Shown: one piece after another, positions 1 to 9,498 of the stretch
Layout of the letters: each line of letters begins with the position of its first letter
How positions within the stretch are numbered: position 1 is the stretch's first letter
Origin: Geosiphon pyriformis uo1
Taxonomy: Eukaryota; Fungi; Glomeromycota
Direction of reading: 5' to 3'
Length of the DNA stretch: 23,176 bases
Assembly: GCA_016748015.1 (NCBI GenBank)
Contig: JAAOMT010000218.1
Location: forward strand, 14,811-37,986
Notes under the pieces: generated by a model
Told to the model about the DNA's origin: nothing
Database searches by the model: none
The model's input: only the letters and a program-made list of their open reading frames with translations
Translations under genes and position numbers: made by a program

Positions 1-253
1 CTTAATATTGGATTACTTTTGGTTGTGTTTCTATTGCCAGTTTCATTTTTGTAATTATTTTGTCAACAGTGTTTTCTGTTTTTCTCCATGTTTTATTTTA
101 TGTTTTTTTTCTGGTGTTTGTATATCTAATAGTTTGTTGATTGATTGTAATTTCTATTTCTTGTTGTTGTATTAATTGAAAGAATTGTTGTGCTAGTGAG
201 TGAATGCTGTCAGTAATCTCCATATTTCTGCTGTCTTTTGTCATGTATACCAT
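1..253 (-). pseudogene. ORF3 of copy C, 5' part
   Basis: ATG at 253: MVYMTKDSRNMEITDSIHSLAQQFFQLIQQQEIEITINQQ..., colinear with copy B MVDVTEEIRKIEIMDNIYSLAQQIFQLI*HQEMEITINQQ... Confidence 0.72.
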
Positions 254-299
254 GTTTTTATATATTTTTTTGGTTATTCAATTTTATGTGTTTGGTTTA

Positions 300-303
300 A
301 TGA
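300..303. repeat. Target-site duplication ATGA (left copy)
   Basis: ATGA|TGTTAC here and GTAACA|ATGA at 19069..19072. Removing one copy restores colinearity with the uninterrupted homologue at ~1885..1920. Confidence 0.85.
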
Positions 304-845
304 TGTTACAGGTGACTAGTTCTGGTGTTGGATTAGATAACAAACCCATAACTTGGTGCTCAAATCTAGTTGTAGTTGATAATAATCTGAAGATTTGTGT
401 CTGAAAGGTTTGTATCCAAAGAGTTTGGTTGAGTTCTTTGTATAATGGACAGAGATTCAATGGTAATAGTTTTATCTGTAGCTTTCCGAAACCACAGTTT
501 TGTCAATTTCTTTCTTAGCTTGATGGCTGGTATTCCTCCTGGTAAGCTATTCTCAATCAAGTGTTCTATCCTTATTTCTAGGTCTTTTACCAGTCACATT
601 TATTCTGACGTCAGTACTCCGCGTGTTAATCCTCAATAGAGTTAGTAAACAACAATAAAATCAAGGCAAGAAATAAAGAAAAAAAAAAAAAATAAAGAAA
701 GAAAAGAAATAAGCCAAGACAATTTGCAAGTTAGTATTCCATTAATAGCCATGATCAAAAGCTATTGTTCCAATGTGGTTAAGTATCAATTACTATCAAC
801 ATGAAGTGTTGATAATGACAGCAGATTTGAGATAACAAACAGTTA

Positions 846-851
846 TTTATT
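846..851 (-). terminator. Putative polyadenylation signal AATAAA (also 10061..10066, 18755..18760)
   Basis: Conserved in all three LTRs ~70 nt downstream of the TATA motif, although its flanks diverge in LTR B. Confidence 0.45.
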
Positions 852-922
852 TGTGATTTGGAAAGTTGTCTAGATGAAATTTAAACTGAGAGGTCTGTTT
901 TTTTAGCTTCTAATCCTACTGC

Positions 923-930
923 TATATATA
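923..930 (-). promoter_or_regulatory. Putative LTR TATA box (TATATATA; also 10136..10143, 18832..18839)
   Basis: Conserved in all three LTRs, ~230-250 nt from the LTR 5' end, downstream of the repeat array. Confidence 0.6.
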
Positions 931-944
931 CATAATTGAGATTT

Positions 945-1102
945 CTCAATTCCTCAATTCTTCACAACAGAAATTCTGGGATTTCTGAATTCCTGCAATT
1001 CCTTTGAGAGGAATCCTGGAATTCTGGAATTTTGCGATTTCTTGTGAGAATTCTGTAATTCCTGGAATCCTGCAATTCCTCTAAGAGAAATCTTGAAATT
1101 CC
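945..1102. repeat. U3 array of degenerate 9-10-bp units (GGAATCCTG / CAATTCCTG); also ~10165..10318 and ~18850..18992
   Basis: Directly visible in all three LTRs, between the CCAAT and TATA motifs. Confidence 0.8.
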
Positions 1103-1121
1103 ACATTTACTATGTCTATAT

Positions 1122-1130
1122 CTGATTGGC
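1122..1130 (-). promoter_or_regulatory. Putative CCAAT box (GCCAATCAG)
   Basis: Plus-strand CTGATTGG is conserved in all three LTRs (1122, 10338, 19013). Confidence 0.55.
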
Positions 1131-1180
1131 TAATCTCTACTAACTAATAATACTATATTTCTTATATTCTATGAGTAACA

Positions 1181-1195
1181 TTATTCCCTCTTTTT
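1181..1195 (-). promoter_or_regulatory. Polypurine tract (plus-strand primer)
   Basis: Minus strand reads AAAAAGAGGGAATAA immediately before the 3' LTR start TGTTAC. Confidence 0.88.
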
Positions 1196-1853
1196 AATAT
1201 TGAGCTTCATCAAAATCTAATTCCTTTAATTCCTCTTCTTGAATTATTTCTTGAACTTCTTTTTCGAGTATTACTTGTGTTATTTTAGTTTGTAGTTCTT
1301 CAAATTGGGCATTGATTATTTTTCCCAATTGATTACTTATAATTGTATCCATTGCTGTATTGAGTAAGATTTCTGGTCAGTCTTGAAATCCCATATATAG
1401 CTGGTAAATAGCTTGAACTTGTGTGGTTAGATTGTTCTTTCCCACAAATTGTTCCAGTTGTCTCAGTATTGTTGTGTCAAATAACCATTTTGTTTTGTCA
1501 GTGTACAAATTCTGAATATTTACATGTTGTCCCAAGTGAAAATGACAATAGTTTTTTGGAAATTGTTGCATCTACCAAGTCCAAATTTCTCTGATAAGTT
1601 CTTAGTATAATCCAACTATTGGTTGTTCTTTTATAACCAATTTTATCTTGGTCATAATCTTGTCAACAACATTTCCAAGTCTTTTCTGTGCTTTGTTTTG
1701 TGGTATTTTTGCCGTATTTTTGTAACAAATGATTTGTTGATTGATTGTAATTTCCATCTCCTGGTGTTAGATTAATTGAAAAATTTGTTGGGCTAGTGAA
1801 TAGATATTGTCCATAATTTCTATTTTTCTGATCTCTTCTGTCACGTCGACCAT
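1194..1853 (-). pseudogene. ORF3 of copy B: ~219-codon gene of unknown function downstream of integrase
   Basis: ATG at 1853 to TAA at 1194..1196 is 660 nt in one frame, including track ORF 1377..1571. The four internal stops (TAA, TAA, TAG, TGA) are each one C>T from CAA/CAG/CGA. Gap-free homologue at 1..253. Confidence 0.75.
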
Positions 1854-1876
1854 GTTCTTATATATTCTTTTGTCAA

Positions 1877-3259
1877 TCAATTGGATGTGTTGTTGTCAAT
1901 AATAATGATTGGTTCCAGATCTCGTGAAATCTCATCTGGTTGGACTAGTATTTTCTGTACTTCTAATTGTGAAATATTACTGGTAGATGATAATGCTATA
2001 TAGTGATATGGTTTCAGTCAATCTTTATGTGCTGCTTTGGTCAAGATTTTGTTATTTAATCTTAATTTGTAAGCTCCATTTCTTAGAATTTCTTCTATGT
2101 AAAATAGTCCATCCCATTTGAAATCAAATTTTCCATTCTATTGTTTTTCCACTTTGGTACGATATAGTAGTACTTTGTCTCCAATCTTGAATTCAACTGG
2201 TTTATCTGGTAGTTGGTTATTATGTCTTTTTTTTTGTTTCTTTTGTGATCTTTGTATGTTATCAGCTGATCTTTGTTATTTGTTTTCTAATGTTTCCATT
2301 AAGTCATATGTTCTTCTCAACAATGTGTTTTTGAAATTCTTTTCTGTTATTGATTCAGTTGGATATGTGCTGACTTCTATTTCCACTGGTAGTGTTGCTG
2401 TTCTATCATATATTAATTCAAATGGTGTTGCTTGTGTAGTATCTTGCTTCATTGTCCAATAAGCAAATAGTACTGATGATATCAACAAATCCCAATCATT
2501 CTGGTTTTCTTGGCTGAGCTTAGCTATTGCTTCACACAATATTCTGTTGAATCTTTTGATTAATCCATTGGTTTGTGGATAGTATGGTAATAATAGTGGT
2601 CTCTTAATTCCGAATCTTTGGCTCAATTCTGTTAATGTTCTGTTCACAAAATAAGTTCCTTGGTCTGATAATAATTCCTTTGGACATCTGTGTTGACAAA
2701 TTAAATCTTGATGAACGAATTTGGCAACAGATTCTGCATCCGCTCTTTGAATTGCTTTTACCTCTGGCCATTTAGTGAAATAGTTCATGGCTACTGCTAT
2801 GTACCTGTTTCTTCTGCTGGTGATTGTTAATGGTCTGACTAAATCAATTCTAATATGGTCAAATGATTGTCCCACTTTGATTGGTCTTAATGATTCACTG
2901 GGTTTTGTACCTCCTCTTTACTGACAAACATCACAATTTTGAACATATTAGATAATGTCTGAATACATTGATGGCCAATAGTATCTTTTTTTGGTTCTTT
3001 CCATGGTTGCTTCTTTGTGAAAGTGTCCTGCTGTTGGATTTGAGTACATGTTGAATAATATTGTCTCTTTTTTTGGCTCTGTAATTACTCTGGTTGGTTG
3101 CTCTAGATCTCTTCTATTTTTCTAATAAAGTATATTTTGGTGAGTGATAAAATATTTTGATTGTTGTTTAATACTTTTTTGTTTTATTTGAGATAAATTC
3201 TCCTTGAACTGTTGAGTGTTTATATAATGTTGCAGTTGTTGATATTTTTGTATGTTCAT
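1877..3259 (-). pseudogene. Integrase, copy B (separate ORF, 460 codons, premature stops)
   Basis: Starts MNIQKYQQL; has the GHF...YYWP...CDVC Zn-binding region, the IDLV / LLSDQG / PQTNGL rve core, and a WDG(P)F-type C-terminal module; TGA at 1877..1879. No chromodomain seen. Confidence 0.92.
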
Positions 3260-3321
3260 CTTTTGTTATATTTTTCATTGGTATTGTTCTGGTTTTGTTA
3301 TATTTTTGGGTTGAAATGTTC

Positions 3322-4600
3322 TTAAATTTGTCTTATTTGTGACAAATTATCAGCATTTCTGTTGTCTTTTCCTTTTTTATAATGTATAGTATAATTATAT
3401 AGTGTGAGTGCTATTTTCCATCTTAACTGTCTTCCATCTCCAAATTCTTGTTTTTGAAGTGATGTTAATCCTTTGTAATCTGTGTATACTTCAAACTTCT
3501 GGCTCAAGTATTTTTTTCATTTCATAACTGCCCAATAGATTGCTAAATGTTCTAGTTCTGGTGTTCCATAGTTCTTTTCAGCTGGTGTTAAACCTCTGCT
3601 GGCATATGCTATTAGATGTTTTCTGTCATCTGGTTCTTTCTAAGATAGTACCACTCCCAATGCTTGGCTGGATGCATTGATGGTGATGATGAATGATTTG
3701 CTATAATCTAGATAGATCAGTACTGGAGCTTGAATGAGCTTTCTTTTCAGAATATCAAAAGCTTCTTGTTGACTTTCTGTCTATTCATATTTTGTATTTT
3801 TGGTTTGTAGTTGGTTGAGTGGCTGTGCTATTTTGGAAAAGTTCTTGATAAAACATCAATAGTAGCTGGCAAATTCTAAAAATAATTTCAGTTTTGTCAT
3901 ATTGGTCAGCACTGGAAAGTTCTTTACTATCTCTATTTTCTTTGGATCCGTTTTAATGTCATCTTTGCTGACTATGTGTTCCAAAAATTTTAGTTCTGTC
4001 TTGTGAAAAAACACTTTGTTGCATTTAACTTTAGTCCTGCTCTTTTTAGTCTTTCAAATACTTGTTGAAGATGATGAAGATAATTATCAAATGTTTTTGA
4101 GAATACATTGGTGTCGTTCAAGTATACAACTACTGATTTCCACAATAAGCCAGTATAAATGATTTTCATTAGCCATTGGAAAGTTGCTGGGGCATTGGTT
4201 AAGCCAAATGACATTACTTCAAATTCGAAATTTCTTTCCCTTATGGTGAATGCCATTTTCTCTTTGTCAGCTGGATTCATGGTTACTTGTCAGTAACCAC
4301 TATCCAGGTCTAATGTTGAAAACCATTTGTTTCCACCAAAAGTGGATTTTCCTATTCTTTTTCCGGACGAGTACCACTGGTGATAACCATGGGCTTATTG
4401 ATGGCTGAATTAGTCCGTTATTAAGCATTTGGTTTATCTTTTGACAAATAATCTTGTGGCTAGCTGGTGGTACTCTGTATGCTCTTTGTTTAATTGGCAT
4501 TATATCTTCAGTCTTGATGCTGGATGATGTCAGTTCAGCCAAACTTGTTTTCGCTGGCAAAGATGTCATTGAAATTGTTGAGCAACATCTTAAGTTGCAT
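3322..4600 (-). pseudogene. Reverse transcriptase-RNase H, copy B
   Basis: PIKQRAYRVP, SPW.SPVVLVRKK, FGLTNAPATFQ, YLND (from YLDD), YTDYKGL, NADNLS. Has an ~83-bp deletion near 4340 relative to copy A. Confidence 0.93.
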
Positions 4601-5065
4601 ACGTTAAAGTGGATCTAAGTTTCCCATGTTTATTTGTTCCAATTGTTCTGGTTGGAGCAAATAACATTTGTTTTGTCCATATATTATTATTTGTGATGTG
4701 ATATTGACATATCCACAAAGCTATGGAAAGTCCAAAATGGTGCTTGGTGATTGATCTTTTATTTCAGTGCTTAAGTATCTAATGGTGATTCCAGCTGGTA
4801 TTATTATGACATTTCTGGTGTTATTGTAGATGGGAATTTTGATGTGGCTGTAATCTTTGGCTGGTATATGGAAATTGATAAGTCCAATCTCTCCTGATTT
4901 ACAAAGGATTGGTTCTGCTTCAAAAATCTGATTCTGTTCTTTTACCTCCCACTTTATCTCTATCATGTACTGGCCATATGGTGGAATAGAAATTGCTTGA
5001 CCTGTTGAGATAATTTCTCCTTGGTCAACAATTTCTTCTTCTGCCATATTGACTGGTACATCTAT

Positions 5066-5461
5066 TCTACCTGTTGATTCGAATCCCTGTATTTCTTTTA
5101 CTGTTATTCCTAATTCCTCCCTTTTTCCTACTAATACTAACTGAGCTACTCTAACCAGAGGCAGGAATATTGCCTGTGCTATTTTTTCATTGGGCTCTAT
5201 TATATAGGCTTTTTCTGAGTCATTTTGTAGCATAGCAATGATATTTCCTACATATCCCACGTCAATTATTCCTCTTCTTATATTAATCTCTCTTTTCACT
5301 AAACTACTCTTAAATGCTAATTGAACCATTGTTGTTGCCAGAATTTCCAGTGCTATTTTTAAATCAAGACAGATATGTGAATGTAGTTCCAATTTGATGG
5401 CATCTTTTCCTGGATACCTCAAATCAAATCCAGCATCAGTATTATGTACGTGTTCTGGCAT
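5066..5461 (-). pseudogene. dUTPase domain, copy B
   Basis: Motifs DAGFDL, KSSL, GIIDVGYVG, EKIAQAIF, QGFESTG. Confidence 0.92.
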
Positions 5462-6699
5462 GATACCTTTGTTATTATCACTGAACTATTTTAGTTCCAA
5501 TTCTCTGGTCAGGTCAGGGATTGCAATATATTGTTCATATTTTAAAATTATTGTCATTGTTATCGCTATTTTGAACAGGGCTGAAACTGGTGTTTTTGTC
5601 ATCATTATTATCAGAGTTTGAATCATAATTAAAAGTCGATTCCAATTCTGATGCACAGCTGCTAATTGGTTTCTCTTCCTCTGGAATTGTGTAGATCATG
5701 CATGGTGGTGGATTGTAGATGAGGTCACACTCATTGCAATACTGAAAGTCACATGGGATTAAGCAATGTTGACACAATCGAGTGTTCAACTGCTCCAAAC
5801 ATTGCTCTTGTTCTTTCCTAGTAGGTGCCAAATGCTGGTAATGTTCATAAAATTCTTTGGGGTCATCCTCAATGTTGCCAAAAATGTCAACAATTTGAAC
5901 ATATTTGGGTTCAGAAAGTGATAGAAGATTATTTTTTATTTCTAGTAGTTTGCTGGTTGTCACACTTTCTGCTTTTGCATACATCATTCTTCATAGTTCA
6001 TCTTTGTCATGGGGATATCCATCTAATTGTTGCAACGCTCATTTTCAGATGTCATTGATTGGTGTTCCTTTGCTTACCCAATTGTTTATTAGTATGGTGT
6101 ACTGACATGTTTTGTCACATGTTCCTCCATGCCCAGGAATATCACTCCATATTCCTTTATCTGGTAGAATAGTTTCACATACGAGACATGGTTGGTTATC
6201 CCACTTTCCTTGTTGTTTTGGTCATCCAAAGCACTCTATGATGCATGGGCGGCAGTAAAATCTTGTGGCTGTGGAGTATTCTTCATTATCGCCATAGCAT
6301 ATGCCCATTGACAACAATTTCTTGCCGTAATTGATGCATTCCAATTTTGGTTGACAATAATTGGTTGGTGGTGATAAAATGTACACATCTGAATTATAAG
6401 TACTACTGGTGAGAGTGGTTCTTTCTTTTTTCTTCTTTCCCTTTCCTTTATCAGTTTCTTCTCACTCCCAGTTGGCTGGTTCATCTTGGTCGTTATCAGT
6501 TTTCCAGTTTTGGTCAGTTTTCCAGGTAAGTTCTTTGTTTTTCTTACCTTTTCCCTTATCATCCCAAGAAAATATTGGTGGTAGCTTGTTGTGGTCTTCA
6601 TTAGCCCATGAGACTTGGTAGACTTCCCAGATCAGTTTTCTTGTTTCTTTCTCAAACTCAATGAGTGGTTGGGCGTTGCTTGGCTTAAAGTGGCTACAA

Positions 6700-7100
6700 G
6701 TGGCTGGTGTTTAAGTATGCTGACCACCAAAAGTCAATTGTAGTTCTTGAGTGGTCCAATCAAGGGTAGCATGGGTTTTCGACAACCAATTGTTGCCTAC
6801 CAAAGCCTGGTATTGTGTGGCTTCCATCACAAAGACCTTGATGGGTACCATGATGCCATTAATTTCAATAGGTAGATTGTTTATTTTGCCTATTGGAGTT
6901 TTGATTGCTCCATCAGCTGTGATGATCCTTGCACTGGCAGCTCGGTCAACTCAGCGACCTAATTGATCCATGAGTTGCCTTGTTATGATGCTGCCAGCTG
7001 ATTCACTATTCAAGATCAGTTTGATGGTGTGGCCATCAATTTTGGCATTCATATACATGATGGTAATTGGTTTTTCTTCCAGGGCTGCTCCACTGAATAA
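6700..7100 (-). pseudogene. Aspartic protease domain, copy B
   Basis: AKIDGHTIKLILNSESAGSIIT (degenerate LILDSGS), followed by IITADGA.KTPIG and a downstream LVGNNWL. Confidence 0.85.
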
Positions 7101-7439
7101 TGGAATTTCGATCGTTTCTTTCAAGTCGAAAGGAAAGATGACCACAAACAATTTGTCATTGGTAACAGTTGCTGGTAGAATGTTGTTGGCAAGTGCTTGT
7201 TATTGATTGAATCCTGAATTGTTGGTAGTGGTGTCTTCTGGGGTAACCAAGAAACTTAAATAGTTCTGAGAATTCGGGTTTTAGGTGGCACTGGTACCTG
7301 AATTTTGAGAACACAATTCTGATGGTAAGTTGAAAGAACTGGAGATCAGTTGATAGACAACTATCGCTGATCTCCAGTTTTGTGTGATTCTAAGTCTGGG
7401 GTGGTTTGATGTCATATTAACTGAATTTTGGGGTGGTGT

Positions 7440-7580
7440 CTGAATTGATTGGGGTTGATAGATTATTTGTGGCTGCAGTTGATATATTATGGGTGGCTGT
7501 GGTTAATATATTGCTGGTGGCTGTGGTTGATAAACTAGAGTCTGATATACTGGTGCTGGGTAAATTGGCTGCTGTGTTAT
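7440..7580 (-). repeat. Coding tandem repeat, ~21-bp period, (I/V)YQPQPP, between the Gag knuckle and protease (also ~16140..16250)
   Basis: Gag frame reads ...VYQPQPPAIY*PQPPIIYQLQPQIIYQPQ... Confidence 0.7.
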
Positions 7581-7673
7581 TGGCAGGTAAGTGTTTTGAT
7601 ATTGTTCCTAATTTTGTTGATATCTTGGAGTTTGAAATTGGCAATTGGGGTTTCTATATTGATTTCTCAATTG

Positions 7674-8471
7674 CTAGTTGTTATAAGTGTTGCAGTTTGC
7701 TCTGATGTGCTCTTGTTTACCACAGTTGTGGCAGACATGCATCTCTGGCTGCCACTGCTGATTGGCCAATGTTGAGAGATGTGCTTGATTTTGGAAACAA
7801 TTGTAGTTTCCTGAATTGCTGCATCGTTTAGGTGGTTGATAAATTGTGTGATTGTCAGTTAAGTATCCTTCTAATTTCTGATTAATTGAATTACTGAATT
7901 GTTTCAATTTGGAGTCCAATTCAGATGATCTGTTCATCACTAGATTAATGGCTTGGGCATGATTGGCCTTAGACTTAGCTGATTCGAAATCTCTGGCACA
8001 TATGACTGCATTTTGAAGAGTGCCTAAATGCAATGGGCATACATGTTGCAAGATGCTGCTGCGCAGGCCATGGATAAACTGGTTAAGGATCTGTGGCACT
8101 GTGAAATAGTTGGTGTCAATTGCCTGGATCTGACATAAATTTCTATGGAAGTGTCCCAGATAAGTGGTGACTGCTTCAGTTTCTCCTTGCTTCATGGTGG
8201 TGAATGTATTGACTAGGCAGTTGATACTGTTATTGTTGCTAAAGTATCTTAAAAATTCTACTTTAAAGGCATTGAAGTCTTGTGGTTTATTAATTAAGCT
8301 CTGATACCATGAATCAGCAGTATCTTTAAGAAAATAGAGAATGGCTTGCATTGCTTGGATGTCATTCCATCTGTTGGCTGTGATGGCTTTTTCCATATCA
8401 TTCAGCCATACTTGAGCATCATCCTCTTTGCCAGTAAAATTATCCAGTTTTGCGATTGGTATGTAGGCCAT
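7674..8471 (-). pseudogene. gag: Gag core (retrotransposon capsid plus CCHC knuckle), copy B
   Basis: KLDNFTG...WL; MKQGETEAVTTYL..F (major-homology-like); FIHGLR; CHNCGKQEHIRANC. Confidence 0.9.
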
Positions 8472-9456
8472 TGGATTTAAGTTGGGTGGTTGTGATGGCT
8501 ATTGAAGCAGTTGTTGATTTTGGTGAGGTGGTAGTTGAAGTGGCTGCTATATGGATTCGGCTATTGGATCAATTAGTGGTTGATTGATAACAATTACCAA
8601 AGGTAAGTTTGATTGATTAATTAGATCGGAGTTTTGATTATTCTGAGTTGGTGGTGGCTGAATATTCGGAGTTTCAACTTCCAAATTTACTGAATTTAAA
8701 TTTTGCTGGTTCTGAAGATTCGGGGTTTCAAATTCTGGGTTTTCAGTGATCAGGTTCTGGTAAGTGAATTCTTGATTCTTAGTTTTTTCTTCTTTTTTTT
8801 TCTGATTCCATTATCTCCCACGGATCAGAGATTCCAAAATCTGGTAGAGATGGCAGTAATCAAATTTCTGATGGCATTGGTGATCACAATTTAAATCCCT
8901 CAAAATATTCGCCATATGGTCCTAATAACTCTGCTTTCTTTTGTTTACTTTGGAATGGAAATCATCCAAATGTTGATGTCACATTTGGTGTGAACGTGCC
9001 TGTAGATAAAATATTGATAGTGCTTCTGGTTGTGTAATGATATGATGAATATGGTGGGAATTCAATTCTTTGTTTCTTCCAGGTTGGTAGTTGTATCTCT
9101 TTAGGCATTACTGCTGGTGTTTGTAACCTTCCTTTGCCTTTATTTGTATAGGTGATAGGAAATTGTTGTTGAGTGTACCTTTCAATAGTTTGATTGATTT
9201 CTCTGATTATTGGTGTGAAACTATAGTTCCTTGGTAAGTTAGTGTGTTGGAATAATTCTGTGTAAAAGTTTTCTCTTTCTGCTTTAATGTTAACTGTCCC
9301 TCCTAAGCATTCAGTGATTTTGTTGTTGACATAAAAGTTGAAGGCTGATTTGGCTGAGTAATGATTACTGTTTAATCCTAATTGTTGGTTGTATTGTTGA
9401 AACAAGAATTTTGTGAATCCTAAATGGTTTGCTCCTATATTTTCTGATTCTGCCAC
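8472..9456 (-). pseudogene. N-terminal extension of ORF1, copy B (unknown domain plus Pro/Gln/Asn-rich linker)
   Basis: ORF 8962..9456 is homologous to 17581..18153. In copy A this region is in frame with Gag. Confidence 0.75.
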
Positions 9457-9498
9457 TTTTGGTTTTTTCTTGTTGGTGCTAGTTCTCTGTAGGATTAT

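Larger units (their letters stand above)
1..303 (-). mobile_element. Copy C 3' portion (last integrase codons, spacer, start of ORF3)
   Basis: 1..303 aligns without gaps to 1601..1903 of copy B (offset 1600). IN frame ...I-K-P-N-T-stop has TAA at 284..286. Confidence 0.88.
304..1180 (-). repeat. 3' LTR (877 bp), chimeric A/B
   Basis: TGTTAC at 304 and GTAACA ending at 1180, with adjacent PPT. 304..~1065 matches LTR 18213..19068; ~1078..1180 matches LTR 9519..10396. Confidence 0.93.

Noticed and set aside
304-640. Protein-coding ORF inside the LTR U5 (366..560 minus; 445..639 and 18354..18548 plus)
   Set aside because: LTR B differs by frame-breaking indels (about 2 and 13 nt). Similarity between the 304 and 18213 copies is just LTR identity. 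Only possible read-in through the PBS is kept as a finding.
945-1102. CRISPR-like array
   Set aside because: Short degenerate tandem units without unique spacers, inside LTRs; no cas genes.
1194-1853. ORF3 as a retroviral-type env
   Set aside because: Too short, with no signal peptide, transmembrane anchor or evident furin site.
1877-2000. Chromodomain at the integrase C-terminus
   Set aside because: The tail after the GPF module lacks the aromatic-cage / YLVKW pattern.
4324-4350. ~83-bp RT deletion in copy B as a regulated feature
   Set aside because: Absent from A and C and removes a conserved RT motif; ordinary post-insertion decay.
6236-6601. ORFs 6236..6601, 15138..15413 and 18020..18211 as separate genes
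   Set aside because: Largely alternative-frame readings overlapping ORF1 and not conserved as ORFs between copies.
7417-7644. Ser/Thr-rich ORF (MPISNSKIST...)
   Set aside because: Off-frame reading of the YQPQP repeat; the Gag-PR frame runs through this region.
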